A DNA stretch of 62,582 nt, counting the filler, from Chiloscyllium plagiosum (taxonomy: Eukaryota), in assembly GCF_004010195.1 (NCBI RefSeq). It is 4 parts of one record of this genome, joined end to end, with 100 filler letters (N's around TTAATTAATTAA, not from the genome) between each part and the next. Parts side by side here need not be neighbours in the genome. Positions count along the whole stretch, not along the records: positions 16,672 to 34,288 come from NC_057713.1; positions 34,389 to 54,713 come from NC_057713.1; 2 more parts are not named here. One strand, 5' to 3'. Of the stretch, positions 24,152 through 37,805 are shown piece after piece. Position 1 is the first letter of the stretch, and every line of letters starts with the position of its first letter. Made by a program: the position numbers and the translations under genes. Below the pieces are notes generated by a model that worked only from the letters and a program-made list of their open reading frames with translations, was not told where the DNA came from and made no database searches.

Positions 24152-24751
24152 GGTAAAAACAATGACTGCAGATTCTGGATCAGTGGTGCTGGAAGAGCAC
24201 AGCAATTCAGGCAGCATCCGAGGACAGGCAAAATCGACGTTTCGGGCAAAAGCCCTTCATCAGGAATAAAGGCAGAGAGCCTGAAGTGGTCAAGGAGGCC
24301 CAGGACCTCCATGTCCTCGGCAGAGTGGGAGAGGGAGTTGAAATGTTGGGCCACGGGGTGGTGTGGTTGATTGGTGCAGGTGTCCCGGAGATGTTCCCTA
24401 AAGCGCTCTGCTAGGAGGCGCCCAGTCTCCCCAATGTAGAGGAGACCGCATCGGGAGCAACAGATACAATAAATTATATTAGTGGATGTGCAAGTAAAAC
24501 TTTGATGGATGTGGAAGGCTCCTTTAGGGCCTTAGATAGAGGTGAGGGAGGAGGTGTGGGTGCAGGTTTTACAGTTCCTGCGGTGGCAGGGGAAAGATCC
24601 AGGATGGGAGGGTGGATTGTAGGGGGTGTGGACCTGACCAGGTAGTCACGGAGGGAATGGTCTTTGCGGAAGGCGGAAAGGGGTGGGGAGGGAAATATAT
24701 CCCTAAAGATCCAGGATGGGAGGGTGGGTCATAGGGGGGCGTGGACCTGAC
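24152..24751 (-). mobile_element. 5'-truncated Penelope-like element (GIY-YIG endonuclease plus terminal repeat) in a KCNH2 intron
   Basis: Minus strand encodes FTCTSTNIIYCICCSRCGLLYIGETGRLLAERFREH...VAQHFNS. 9-bp TSD cagcaatgg (24143-24151, 24752-24760). Inserted in a CR1 fragment. Confidence 0.88.
24236..24263 (-). ncRNA. Minimal type I hammerhead ribozyme motif in the PLE 3' repeat
   Basis: CUGAUGA-A-GGGC-UUUU-GCCC-GAAA-CG-UC, lying downstream of the GIY-YIG ORF. Confidence 0.68.
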
Positions 24752-24882
24752 CAGCAATGGACCTAGCACCAAACCCTGTTAATCTCCTACAGGTCCCTTG
24801 GCCCCTCTCACCCTCCTGGAGTCTATTCTGTGCACTTGGTGTGTTCCTGAAGTGGGTGCAGTTTGTATTTTCAGGCTGTTAG

Positions 24883-25203
<321 letters not shown>

Positions 25204-25299
25204 TGACAGAACAACGCTGGTCTGAATAGTCCTGGGACCCTTACAGTGGGATCCCCTCAGTCACATTTCATTTTCACAAGGAGGTGGTAACCTCGTAGT

Positions 25300-25570
25300 A
25301 TGCAAGCTGAATTCTTAATCCAGAGACCCAGGGAATCAGATCCCACCAAGACAGATGGCGGAGTTTAGGAAAAAGTCTGGAATTAAGAATCTAATGATGA
25401 TCATGAACCCATTGTCAGGAAAATCCCATCTGGGTCAGTAATGTCCTTTAGGGAAGGAAATTGCCATCCTTACCTGGTCTGGACTACACATGACTCCAGA
25501 CCCACAGCAACGTGGGTGATACTGAACTGTCCCCTGGGTAATTAGGGGTGGGTAATAAATGCTGGTGTAG
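25300..25570 (+). mobile_element. Second SINE-like family (other copies at ~1525-1700, 33055-33258, 59365-59490)
   Basis: Shared core gtcctttagggaaggaaat.gccatccttacctggtctgg.ctacatgtgactccagacccacag. The 33055 copy retains A/B-box-like tggtgtcatgg and gagttcaaaccc. Family name not assigned. Confidence 0.65.
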
Positions 25571-26077
25571 ACAGTGATTCCTGGTTTGTAATTGGATTTT
25601 CCCTTCCAGTCTTTGATATTCCACAGTGCCCTTGCAAGGAACACGTGATTATTTTTTAGTTCATTCAGGGATATGGGTGTGACTGGTTGGGCCCAGCGTT
25701 TACTGCCTGTCCCCAGTTGTCCCCTTGAGAAGGTGAGGGTGAGCTGGCTCCTGAGCCGCTGCAGTCCGTGTGCTGTAGGGAGATTCAGGAGGTCCCTGCT
25801 GACTGTCTCAGTCTGCCCAACGTGAAGGTACATGCTCACCGCGCCATCACCGCACCAGACCCAAGGGCTAATGAGCTCATACTCCATCTCACTGTCAGTG
25901 ACTTGAAGCATGTCCCTCCATTGGAACGGAATACAATCCCAGTTCCTGCCGTCACTGAGGAGCTATCGAGCTCCACAACATGGAAACAGGCCCTTCAGCC
26001 CAATTTGTCTACGCTGCCCAGTTTTCACAATTAATCTAATTCCATATCCCTCCGTCCTATATCCCATCCAGGTATCT

Positions 26078-26265
26078 AAGAGAAAGTGAGGACTGCAGGT
26101 CGGAGTCGAGGGTGTGGTGCTGGAACAGTACAGCTGGTCAGGCAGCATCCGAGGAGCAGGAGAATCGATGTGTGGGGAAAGAGCCCTTACATTCCTGATG
26201 AAGGGCTTTTTCCTGAAGCGTTGATTCTCCTGCTCCTCGGATGCTGCCTGACCTGCTGTGCTGTT
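26078..26265. mobile_element. Older fold-back PLE-repeat insertion (family 1) with a decayed hammerhead
   Basis: Inverted arms around 26185-26195; CUGAUGA-AGGGC...GAAG. Degenerate TSD ccatccaggtatct/ccatccatgtacct. Confidence 0.75.
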
Positions 26266-27589
26266 CCATCCATGTACCTGTCTAATGTGTATTGTCTGGA
26301 TTTCTGAATGGCCAGACGTTGATAATCTCAGTGAGCATAGCACTGTGCACAGGGAGCAGCCTCCAGCAAATGGATGGTTTTTTTGGAGTTCCCCTCCTGC
26401 CTGGGACCCTCCATTTAAAATCAGACATTCCAGGGAATTCTGATGAAATTAAGTAAGAGGTTAAATCCATCATTGACCTGCTGAGTAACTGTTACCTTAC
26501 CTACTGCATCCCAACAACCCTCCCCTCCCCTCCCCCAACACACCCCAATCATTCACTTGGCCTTTCTCCCCCTCCCCACACTGCACCCACCCATCCTCCA
26601 GTTCCTCCGACCTCAGCTACTCTGCTCTCATTCACCCCTCCCCCAACCCGGAGCTGGACCCCAATTGCCCAGATCCATTCCCCCCCCCACCAACCCTCTG
26701 AGCTCCTCTGGCCCCTCATGGCCTGGTCTCCACATTCCTGACCCCTCCCAATCCTCCTTCCTCATCAATTTCCTTCCCTCCATCATAAGGGTAGAAGTGG
26801 GAATGTTCCCCGATGATTGATTGTACAATATTCAGCAGCATTCGTGACTCAGACACTGAAACAGTCCGTGTCCAAATGCAACAGGATCTGGACAATATCC
26901 AGGCTTGGGCTGACACGTGGCCAGTAACATTCATGCCACTCAAATGCCACGCTATGACCATCATCAAGAGACAATGTAACCACCGCCCCATGGCATTAAT
27001 GGTGTTACCCTCACTGAATCCCCCACAATCACCCTCCTGGGGGTTATATTGGATTATCTAACCAATTGAAAATAGGAGCAGCCANNNNNNNNNNNNNNNN
27101 NNNNNNNNNNNNNNNNNNNNNNNNNNNNNNNNNNNNNNNNNNNNNNNNNNNNNNNNNNNNNNNNNNNNNNNNNNNNNNNNNNNNNNNNNNNNNNNNNNNN
27201 NNNNNNNNNNNNNNNNNNNNNNNNNNNNNNNNNNNNNNNNNNNNNNNNNNNNNNNNNNNNNNNNNNNNNNNNNNNNNNNNNNNNNNNNNNNNNNNNNNNN
27301 NNNNNNNNNNNNNNNNNNNNNNNNNNNNNNNNNNNNNNNNNNNNNNNNNNNNNNNNNNNNNNNNNNNNNNNNNNNNNNNNNNNNNNNNNNNNNNNNNNNN
27401 NNNNNNNNNNNNNNNNNNNNNNNNNNNNNNNNNNNNNNNNNNNNNNNNNNNNNNNNNNNNNNNNNNNNNNNNNNNNNNNNNNNNNNNNNNNNNNNNNNNN
27501 NNNNNNNNNNNNNNNNNNNNNNNNNNNNNNNNNNNNNNNNNNNNNNNNNNNNNNNNNNNNNNNNNNNNNNNNNNNNNNNNNNNNTCCAT

Positions 27590-27752
27590 CAGTGCGGTTC
27601 CCCAGTGTTATACTGTGACAGATGTGTCCCCATCCATACTGTGCCCCAGTGTTACAGTGACAGACATGTCCCCACCAGCACTGAACCCCAATGTTACACA
27701 GTAACAGACCTGTCCCCACCAGCATAGTACCCCACTGAGATACAGTGATAGA
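27590..27752. repeat. Diverged roughly 40-bp tandem repeat at a gap edge
   Basis: Recurring ccccagtgtta.a.gtgacaga...gtccccaccagca. Confidence 0.75.
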
Positions 27753-27759
27753 TGTACAT

Positions 27760-29657
27760 ACATGAAAAGGACTCCTATTCCGCTCTAAACATGTGGTTTT
27801 TCATTAATGATACACTTTTGTTTCTACTACAAAATGATTTTTGTACACAAGTTACCCATGGTGATCACCTACGATACAAATATACAGGATAACAAAAAGA
27901 TCACTTGCGTTTTAATTAGAAATCTAGAGTGATTGACATTGGCTTGTACGAATACAAAATAATATAACTGATTTCTGAAAAGAGAACATGGAGTGGGAAG
28001 AGTGAGGAAGGCAGGTCAGTGACATCAAAATCCAAGGATTATGGAGCCCACAGCAGGAAGCTCCAACACAGGAACTGACAGCACAATGACCATCACATGG
28101 ACCCTCGGGCTGGTCTCACACAGTCCCTCAAAACCACCTCACCGGACCCTCAGGACTATCACACTCTCACATGAATGGCCGCAAGGTCCATTTCCACTGT
28201 CCCTACACCGTCTACCACACTCACTATGTTGCCAATTTCATGCTGACCACAAAACTCAGTGCCGCATGAATCTCACTGATGGTCACAGTGACTGTCGCTC
28301 TCATCGTCTCTCTGACCGACATAAACGGCCGTTTGAAATCCTCATTGAGGGCAAAGTACGAGGCCACAAAAGGTTTGCATATGAAAGTATCTGATCAAAT
28401 GTCCTTGCCTCCTGAGTGGCAGATTTCAAATGCAAATTACTGAACTGATCAGTAGATTATTTATTTGTTTCCAAAATCTGATTGCGTTTTTTTTTCCTTC
28501 TGAGTACATCAATCAGAGGGGCTGTGGGATCATTCTGTTTATGTTACACAGCACTGGGACTAAACCTTCAGTAACTCAGCAGCCCCAGCCCCCTCCGTGA
28601 CGTCATTCACTAAAACAAACAAATCCAACAGATCGCTGTCTAAAAGTGGAGTAACTCGAGCAAATCAAGACTTAGTCTTGCATTTTGTGAATGAACAATG
28701 TGGAAGATTTAAAAAAAACACTCATCTCCAGCAACTCTCTCCACACTTTCCCCATCAAACACTCCAAAGACAGGGAAAACATAAGGTTAGATACAGAGCA
28801 AATTCCCTCTTCACTGTCCTCCATCAAACAGTCCCAGGACTGGGACAACACAGGGTTAGATACAAGCAGAGTAAACTCCCTCTATTCTTTTAAACTGAAC
28901 ATATTGCTCCTCAACACTGCCTCCATCAAACATTCTTGGGACAGGCACAGCACAGGATTAGACACTCCCTCGCTATTACGTTGCCAATTAAAGTCTGTGA
29001 CCAGTCACATTAGACATTGGTTAGAAACTGTCGGGGTGATCTCACATCCAAACTTTCCAGTGATCACAGATCCCATCTCAACCTGGACTGGAAACATTTA
29101 ACCCTGATCCTGAAATGAGAACTCGAGACAACAACTGTTTCATTCACTGAGGGAGTCAACGCCATTCTATAGACACACTCAGCTGCTGTTGGACTGTTCA
29201 CAGAGTACATCATGAGTCGATACATCTCAATAATCAACAAGAATCAAATTTAGAAAACAAAGACAATCCTCTAGTCCGGAGATATGAAACTAAGGGTTTC
29301 AAAAATTACAACTCACTCCAAAACCTGCCATTATCTTTGACCCCCAAATAGGTTTGGCCTCAAGGACTTAAGATGAAATGATTCAATTACAATCAAACCA
29401 AACAAGCTGTCAGACTGCTGTTGAATTAAAACATTTGGGAGTGAGATGAAACTGAATTGAGAATCGGACAATATCTTGATATAGCTTGGCACCCCTGGTT
29501 GTGTCTGGTTGAGGGACTTGAATCTCAAGGCTGTGACAGGACAATAATGGTTCCTGGACCTCAATAATTAACTGGCTCAACCCATCACACAACCAGGCAA
29601 ATATCTCTAGGAATTGACAACATGAGCAAAACTCTCTACAGGTCACTGCTTAGGGAA

Positions 29658-29693
<36 letters not shown>

Positions 29694-30080
29694 ACTGCCT
29701 TTGGTATTTGAATGACCTTCACAGAAGTTTCTTGAACACTGGTATGGCATCATTTATAGTTTCATTTTGATGACATTGACTTTGAAAGTAACAGTCCCTT
29801 GATCCATTGTTGATTGTTACAGTAAGAATGCTCTATTGTTACTAATGCCAGAGTGTGGTCCCACCAATCCCTCTTCTCTCACTGAAGAAAAGTTGATCAA
29901 TATGGACACAGATACTGACAAAGGTTCAAGCTGACAGATATTGATCCTGAATTTTTGACCAAGAATGACATTGACAGATGTTGGTAGTGAACGATGCTGA
30001 ATAGGCACCAGTCCTTGCTCTTTTGTTCCCAACCAGCACCATGCTGGGTTTAGAGTTTGTTCTAAGGCCTTAGTGTCCAC
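27760..30080 (-). other. SLC4A2: Probable SLC4A2 3' UTR
   Basis: TE-poor unique sequence following the stop codon. Minus-strand AATAAA at 28460-28465 and ATTAAA at 27911-27916. The true 3' end is not determinable. Confidence 0.55.
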
Positions 30081-30161
30081 TCAGACCGGCATTGACAGCT
30101 CATCGTACTCATCCACACCGTCCTTCTCATCAAAGGTAGGCTGAGCATCGTCAGCATCGAG
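30081..30161 (-). CDS. SLC4A2: Anion exchanger 2, terminal coding exon (missed by the ORF track)
   Basis: ctttctctttctgcag|CTC acceptor; LDADDAQPTFDEKDGVDEYDELSMPV-TGA, in phase with the previous exon. LDADD motif and ...MPV C-terminus are typical of AE1-3. Confidence 0.92.
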   Translation of the reverse strand, partial: LDADDAQPTFDEKDGVDEYDELSMPV

Positions 30162-30814
30162 CTGCAGAAAGAGAAAGCCATCAGTCAGTCAGCAGGAAGG
30201 GAAGCCAAGGTACATCAGCTTCAGCTCAATCAATTCAGAACCCCAGGAAAATCTAGACAGTATACTAAGGCCTTGCAAGAATCTAGCTTAATGAATGAAG
30301 AGTTATTCAAAATGAAATTCAGAGGCTGAGCAAAATAAAGGTCTTTCTGTTTGAGACAGAGGCCAGAGTGTCTCAGGGCTCAATACAAATGATAGCCAAA
30401 CAAATTTATCTTGTGACAGCAAGAGTCAATCAGTAAAACCATCAACAATATAACTCTAACACGATCAGAGTGTCAAACAATTATCAGGTACAGGGATCAG
30501 TCAGGTATTATTACTGCAAAGGTTTTGGAGACTGCAATATGAAGACACGCCAGGCTCCACAAATGTGTTTGAGATGGAGATCAGCGACCTAACAGGGTGA
30601 ATCTGATCAACATTTCAATAGTCTGCACTGAAGTTGTAAACATCTGTGCCCTAAATTTATCTTTTCATCAATAAATTTGATAGGATTTATAGTCAGAGTT
30701 TGGTCAGGTCCAGTCTTTACAAATACTAAGCCACTAACAGCTGCAGTAGTTGAATAAGGACAGATCAGTACCTTACTACTGGACTCATCATAAAACCCAT
30801 GTAAAGCCTAATAC

Positions 30815-32500
30815 ATCACAGAAGTAGGCCACTCAGTCCATCTGCTCTGTTCCACCATTCAAGAAGACCATGCCAGTTCTGGTAATCTTAACCGCTTTCT
30901 TTTCTCGTTCACTTAACTCTTGTTTCCCTGAGTGATTAAAAATCTGTCTTTCTCAACCTTGAATATCCTTAATGACTCAGAATTAATAGCTTTCTGCGGT
31001 AAAGAATTCCATGAATTCACTACCCTCAAAGAGAAGAAATTCCTTCTCATCTCTCTCATAAATGGTTGATTCCTTATTCTGAGATTGTTCCCTTTGGACC
31101 TCGACTCTCCCACAGGGTTAACAACCTGTCTGCACCTACCCTGCCAAGTTCCTAAGAATATTTCAATCAGGTAGCCTCTCATTTTTCTAAACTCTAATGA
31201 GTACCAGCCCTAGCTATCCAACCTTCGCTTGATAGTACAAAACGTAAAATATTGCTAAAACAGGACATCTTGTACTCATCAAAACTAGGTGATTACACCT
31301 TCTCCTCTAAACCCTTTCCAACGTTGGCACAGAAACTGAAAGGAGGAGGCCATTCAGGCCTTTGAGTCTGCGTACTATTGTTTACAATTTACATAGATGT
31401 TAGAGAGTAGTTTGCGGTGACACTAAAATGAGTGGAAGAGCAAAGTGAGCAGAGGACACAAAGTCTGCAGAGTGGGCAAGGGTGTGGCAGATGGAGTACA
31501 ATGTTGGGGAAATGTGAGGTCATCCGTTTGTTCGGAATAACAGCAAAGTGGGCTGTTATTTAATTGGTGAAAAATTGCAGCATGTTGCTGTGCAGAGGGA
31601 CCTGGGTGTTCTTGTGCTTGAATCACAAAAAAGTTGGTTTGCAGGTGCAGCAGGTAATGAAAAAGGCAAATGGAATATTGTCCTTCATTGCTAGAGGGAT
31701 GGAGTTTAAAAGCTGGGAGGTTACGCTGCAGGAAGGTAGGCCCACACCCAGAGTACTGTGTACAGTTATGGTTTCCTTACTTAAGAAAGGATACACTGGC
31801 ACTGAGGGGGTGCAGGGGAGGTGCACTAGATTGATTCTGGAATGAGAAAGTTGCCTTATGAGGAGAGATTGAGGAGACTGGGATTGTATTCACTGGAATT
31901 TAGAAGAATGAGGGCGGATCTTACAGAAACAGATAAAATTATGAAGGGAATAGATAAGATAGAAGCAAGGAGGCTGTTTGCAGTGGTGGATGAAACTAGA
32001 AATCAGAGACATATCTTCAAAATAAGGAGGAGCAGATGTAGGACTGAGTAGAGGAGGAACGTCTTCACCCAAAGGGTTGTGAATCTATGGAATTCCCTGC
32101 CCAGGGAAGCAGTTGAGGCTACGTTGTTGCATGTTTTTAAGGTAAAGATAAAGTGAAGGAATTAAGGGTTATGGTGAGCAGGCGGGGAAGTGGAGCTGAG
32201 GTCAACCACGATCTTATTGAATGGCAGAGCAGGCTCGAGGGGCCAGATGGCCTATTCCTGCTCCTAGTTCATATGTAACTATATCTAACTCCTTCTTGAA
32301 AACCAATGATATTTTGCCCTCAACTTCTTTCTGTAACAGAGAATTCCACAGGCTCCCCACTCTCTGGGTGGAGGCATTTCTCCTCATCTGAGTCCTAAAT
32401 GGCCTACCCTGTATCCTTCGACCCTGACCCCTCATTGTGGACTCTCCCTTCATCCTGCCTGCATTTATCTGCTCTCACCTGCTTTCATTCTTATCCAGTC
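30815..32500. mobile_element. Cluster of CR1 fragments in the last SLC4A2 intron (-, +, -)
   Basis: RRNFFSLRVVNSWNSLP and YEERLRRLGLYSLEFRRMR motifs. Confidence 0.8.
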
Positions 32501-32697
32501 GCAACCACAGGATGTAAGGCAATGGCTTCTCATCCTGTCTTGTGCAATTAGCTCTGGTGACTGTCAAAGAGCTGTCTTCAGCCTCCTCCTATTTCTCATC
32601 TGCCCCTTGGCAACAGTATCTGAAGATGCAATGTCTGGTTCCATATGTATCCTGGTAATATCCAGCTCCATCCCATCACCACCTCTCTCAATCCCTC

Positions 32698-32896
32698 CAC
32701 AGGTCAGAAGTCACGTGAAACCAGGTGATAGTCCAACATGTTTGTTTGAAATCACAAGCTTTTGGAGCACTGCTCCTTCATCAGGGAAGACACAATGCTC
32801 CAAAAGCTTGTGATTTCAAGTAAACCTGTTGGACTATAACCTGATGTCATGTGACTTCTGACCTTGTCCACCCAACACTGGCACCTCCACATCATG
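32698..32896. mobile_element. Fold-back PLE-repeat insertion (family 2) in the last SLC4A2 intron
   Basis: About 69-bp inverted arms 32701-32769/32796-32864. TSD aatccctc (32690-32697, 32897-32904). Minus strand CUGAUGA-A-GGAGC-AGU-GCUCC-AAAA, with G12 mutated. Confidence 0.8.
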
Positions 32897-33367
32897 AATC
32901 CCTCTGCTGGCTGAGAGTCATCATGCTGCAAGCCTGAAATTTAACAAGTTATTTTTGAATTAAACACTGGAAAGGTCAAAGCCTTTGTCAAACTTCACTG
33001 GTCTTGACATATTTCATTCCTCTCCTTGGCAGCTGCCTGAAGGTGAACCAGAATCAGTGGTGTCATGGTGATGTCACTGGGTTAGTAATCCAGAGTACCA
33101 GGTTCATGTTCTGGGGATGTGAGTTCAAACCCACCATGGCTGAGGGTGAAATTTAAATTTTAAAAAATATGGCTTTAAAAAATGATGATTATGTGAAAAC
33201 TCATCTGGTTCACTAATGTCTTTTACAGCTGGAAATCTGGCGTCTTTAGCTGGTCTGCGCAAGGAGGAGGGAGAAAGCAGACACTTGCAGACCTACAGAT
33301 AGCTCAACACATGGCTCAAAGGCATAATGACGTAGTCCAGCTCCTAACTCAAATGCTCATATATCAT

Positions 33368-33676
33368 AAGATTAGATTAGATTAGATTACTTACAGTGTG
33401 GAAACAGGCCCTTCGGCCCAACAAGTCCACACCGACCTGCAACCCACCCAGACCTATTCCCCTACATTTACCCCTTCACCTAACACTACGGCTAATTTAG
33501 CATGGCCAATTCACCTAACCTGCACATTTTTTGGACTGTGGGAGGAAACCGGAGCACCTGGAGGAAACCCACGCAGACACAGGGAGAATGTGCAAACTCC
33601 ACACAGTCACCCAAAGCTGGAATTGAACCCAGGTCCCTGGCGCTCTGAGGCAGCAGTGCTAACCACTGTGCCACCC
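33368..33676 (-). mobile_element. HE1-type V-SINE
   Basis: (agatt)n tail, V domain and A/B boxes. Confidence 0.9.
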
Positions 33677-33942
33677 TGATTTACTCGCAGTAAATTCCAC
33701 GGCTCTGCGCTTGCTAATGTACCTGGGCTCCTGTCCCAGTTTGAATTTAAATTTGGAATCCTTGTTTACAAACCGCTCCATGGAATGATCTCTATCCCGC
33801 ACCGTGTGATAGTGGGATACTAACAGCAGCAGGTGGGATCAGTGCTGACTCCAGGACTGGGGGTCTCAGTGAAAGACATGACAGAGAAGGGTGTCCTGAG
33901 TACACAGTAAACAAAGCTTGATATCTCCTGAAGAACACTTAC

Positions 33943-34116
33943 ACATTTCATCTCTCGATCTGTGAAGATTCTGGTGAGTGCAAAAACTTTCAAAGGAACG
34001 GTCAAAATGAGCACGAATGGGAAAGCAAGAGAGGCAACAGTGGACATCACAGCCCAGAGAATCGCCAGACAAAAGACCTGGATAATGGTGAATAAGTGCA
34101 TCCGAAGTGTCTTAAC
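33943..34116 (-). CDS. SLC4A2: Anion exchanger 2 (band 3 family), penultimate coding exon
   Basis: ttgcag|GTT acceptor and TGT|gtaagt donor; 174 nt. [58 protein letters not shown] closely matches the AE2 motifs LWAVMST and [11 protein letters not shown]. Confidence 0.9.
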
Positions 34117-34388
34117 CTGCAAACAGGAAAACATGGTTAGGCTCCCACCCTGACTCCCGCATCAACCAAACCACCCTCACTCCCACCCGTCTGTAACCCA
34201 CCCTCACTCCCACACCCAACCTACTCCACACCCAACCCCCCTCCCACACACCCCAAGCCTCACATCCCCCCTCTCTCACTCCAACATCNNNNNNNNNNNN
34301 NNNNNNNNNNNNNNNNNNNNNNNNNNNNNNNNTTAATTAATTAANNNNNNNNNNNNNNNNNNNNNNNNNNNNNNNNNNNNNNNNNNNN

Positions 34389-35215
34389 TCTCATACACAC
34401 ACTGACTCTCACTGGGGTACCGGGTCTCATACACACACTGTCTCTCACTGGGGTACGGGGTCCCATACACACACACTGACTCTCACTGGGGTACGGGGTC
34501 CACACACACTGACTCTCACTGGGGTACGGGGTCCCCCACACACACTGACTCTCACTGGAGTACGGGGTCCCCCACACACACTGACTCTCATTGGAGAACG
34601 GGGTCCCATACACACACACTGACTCTCACTGGGGTACCGGGTCTCATACACACACTGACTCTCACTGGAGTACGGGGTCCCATACACACACACTGACTCT
34701 CACTGGGGTATGGGGTCCCACACACACACACACACTGACACACACGCGCACACACACAGACTCTCTCTGCGGTATGGGGGGTCTCATACACACACACTGA
34801 CTCTCACTGGGGTATGGGGTCCCATACACACACACACCGACTCTCACTGGGGTACCGGGTCTCATACAGACACTGACTCTCACTGGGGTACGAGGTCTCA
34901 TACACACACTGACTCTCAATTGGGTACGGGGTCCCATACACACACACACTGACTCTTACTGGAGTATGGGGTCTCATACACACACACTAACTCTCACTGG
35001 GGTACGGGGTCTCATATACACACACGCGCACACACACAGACTCTCTCTGCGGTATGGGGTCCCATACACACACACACTGACTCTCACTGGGGTTCAGTTC
35101 CATACACACAGTGACTCTCACTGGGGACAGTCTCACACACACTGACTCTCACTGGGATTCAGTCCCACACACACTGACTCACTGGGGTATGAGTCTCTCA
35201 GGCACGCTCTCACTG
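34389..35215. repeat. About 36-bp minisatellite with a variable (CA)n tract
   Basis: Unit (ca)n-ctgactctcactggggtacggggtcccata, decaying rightwards. Confidence 0.95.
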
Positions 35216-37805
35216 ACTGTCATTAGTGTATGAGTCCCACACTCCCAGAGACAATAGTTCTCATTGGGGAGTTTTTTTGCTTTAACTTTTCATCTGTAAT
35301 GTGTGAGCAGTGTTGGCTCAAGCATCATTTACTACTCATCCGAATATCACCCAGTGAGACTCCACCTGCAACTGCAGCAGCCCGTGGAGTGAGTGTTACC
35401 CTTGTGCTGTTTGGGAGGGAGTTCCAGGGTTGTTGACCCTCTGGAAGTTGAAGAACTGAGATGTAGTTCTGGGTTAGAATGATGTACATTTTTGATTGTC
35501 ATAAAATCAAGTTGTCCTTTGAGGGAAGAAGCTTATCGATTCCAGTCCCAAACTCCCAGCTCGCCTCCAAATGGCTTTAATAATCATGCAAATCATTAAA
35601 ATATTCATCACCATTGGGATGGAGGTTACGCAGTGAGGAAGAGCGGACAAAATCAGAGAGACTGGGATCCCTCGTCCTTTCCTTGTACTACTCATGCCTT
35701 GTTTGCCCCTCTCAGTCCTGGGTTACCCCTCACCGAGTTGGCGAGTGCAGTTGTCAGAAGTAGGTTCTTTATCTGGGATCCGGGCCACATGGTTGGGTCA
35801 TCACTTAAAGCATCTCCAAGATCCAGCAAGAGGTGGAGGTGTTTTTGTTAAGTTGGTCCCTTCATTAACTTGGGTTCAGTTCACCCTCATACACCCTCCT
35901 GGTTAATCTTTGTCTGCTTCCCTCCTCAGGTTTAACGGTTTAGACCAGACTGATCTCATGGCCTTAACTCCTTACAAACTCGTGGTGAAGCGAGTTTTCT
36001 GATCCTGTGGTATCGAGGCTCGTGGTCAGTGATTGAAGATATTTTTTCCCGGACTTCTCATTGCACTAAAGAGTCATCAACATCTTCCAGAACCTTCTTG
36101 TGTTCACGTTGCGCTTTGTCTGCCATCTGCCCATGTGGACAACCACAGTGGGCACAGATTGCAGCTTCCTGATGTGAATATTTTAGTGCATGTTCTTTTA
36201 AAAGAGAAAAGAAGAACTTAGGTATAAGGAATGAAATGTTGTCAGTGTTTGTGGCTTTGCTTCAAAAGCATGAGCCACCACTCAGAGAGACTTTGTGGAT
36301 TTAAACAGACAGATATTGCTGCCAGGTTTGGATGGGGAGATTCTGTGGTAAATGAAACCAAGGAGAGGGTGGGAAGGCAGCAGCAAAATGACACCATTGG
36401 GATGGAGCTGATGCATTGGAGAAGGACGAGTAAAATCCAAGAGGCCTCTGGCTTATTTCCTGCCCCTCTGATTTGCCTGTTTCCCATCCCAGCAGCACCC
36501 AGACCTGGCTGAGCTGTCATTACTGTGTGTGCGCTGAGTTTAATAATTGAAAGTGAATTCCAAAGTCTGGAATCTGCTGTATGTGGCTGGGAGGCCTTCA
36601 AGAATCTTTGAGACCTTCTGCGTGTCCACATCCACTCAGTCTCCAGGAACAGACTTATTTAACTTTGTTCATTTGTTGGGGTGCAAATTCTATGGGCATT
36701 GGACTTGCTTCACCTGCTCATGGTTTACGAGCTAAACTTGAGGCAGTTCAACATGGGGGATGTCACAGACACAATAGTGAGCCCCCTGCCCTACACTCAC
36801 CTACCTCACACCACACCTTCATTCCCTTCCCTAACTTTTATTCCCCCTCCCCCACGCATCATTCCCCTCCTCAATCCTTCCCTCCCCAGATCCTTGTCTT
36901 CCCCCTCCCCCCCCCTGCACCCCACCCTGTCCCAAGGCCACTGGGATGAATTGTCAGGGTTTCCTCAGGGATTCTGCTCAGTTCAGCCCCACCCTGTGTT
37001 GGAGGGTGTCTGTCCACACTCAGACCTACCTCAAGTGAAGCTCATAGACTGACACAACACCAACAGAGACCATTTGGTCGTTGTAAAGACAACCTCTTTA
37101 AAACAGCTATCCAATTAATCCCATCACTCTGCTGCTGTTTTCCCACAGCCCTGTTTTTTTTTCCTTCACGTGTTTATCCAGTTCCTTTTTAAAGATTCCT
37201 GTTCAATCCACTTCCATTGTCCTGTCAGGCTGTGCATTCTGATCACCTTGACTCCTGCCCAAAATCCTTTCTCCTGGTTCTTATTACCTTAAAATTCTTC
37301 AATCTAGTGACTAGCCTCTAGCCTCTGGAAAGCTCCTCCTGATTTATTCTCTGAGTTTATGATTATGGACATCTTGATTAAATCTCATAACCTTCTCTGC
37401 TTGAATTAATAATTGACGCTTTATGTACGAACAGAGTATGCCAGCATGGAGCTGTTTGGGACTGATAGACCGATGGTGCTGCCTGTTTCCTGCTGTTGAT
37501 TCAAGCTACTTGCCCTCCGAAGCACTCTCACTTTGTTGGTTGCAGCTTCTGAAATCCCAGGATGCTCAGGGGCTGAGTTTGAATCAATTGTGCCACAATG
37601 AGACTGTGACCTCACTGTTACATCGTTGTACAACCCTGAGCTCTGTATCTGTTAGCATCCTCACCAGAAACCCAAACACAGCTAATCCTGCGGAGGGCAG
37701 ATTGCTCTGGGAATCAATCCTTAGAAGCAAGAAGAGAGCTACCATCAGGAAAAAGTTGGTGCCAGGACAGTGAAATTGAGCTATCTGCCCTGTCACAGAT
37801 TTGAG

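Larger units (their letters stand above)
23670..24780 (-). mobile_element. CR1 RT fragment interrupted by the 24152 PLE
   Basis: YINDLD...SMFTDD...QRDLGVYVH motifs. Confidence 0.8.

Noticed and set aside
33943..34116. SLC4A1 (band 3) or SLC4A3 assignment
   Set aside because: [15 protein letters not shown] and [11 protein letters not shown] fit AE2 better, and the ERG neighbour agrees.
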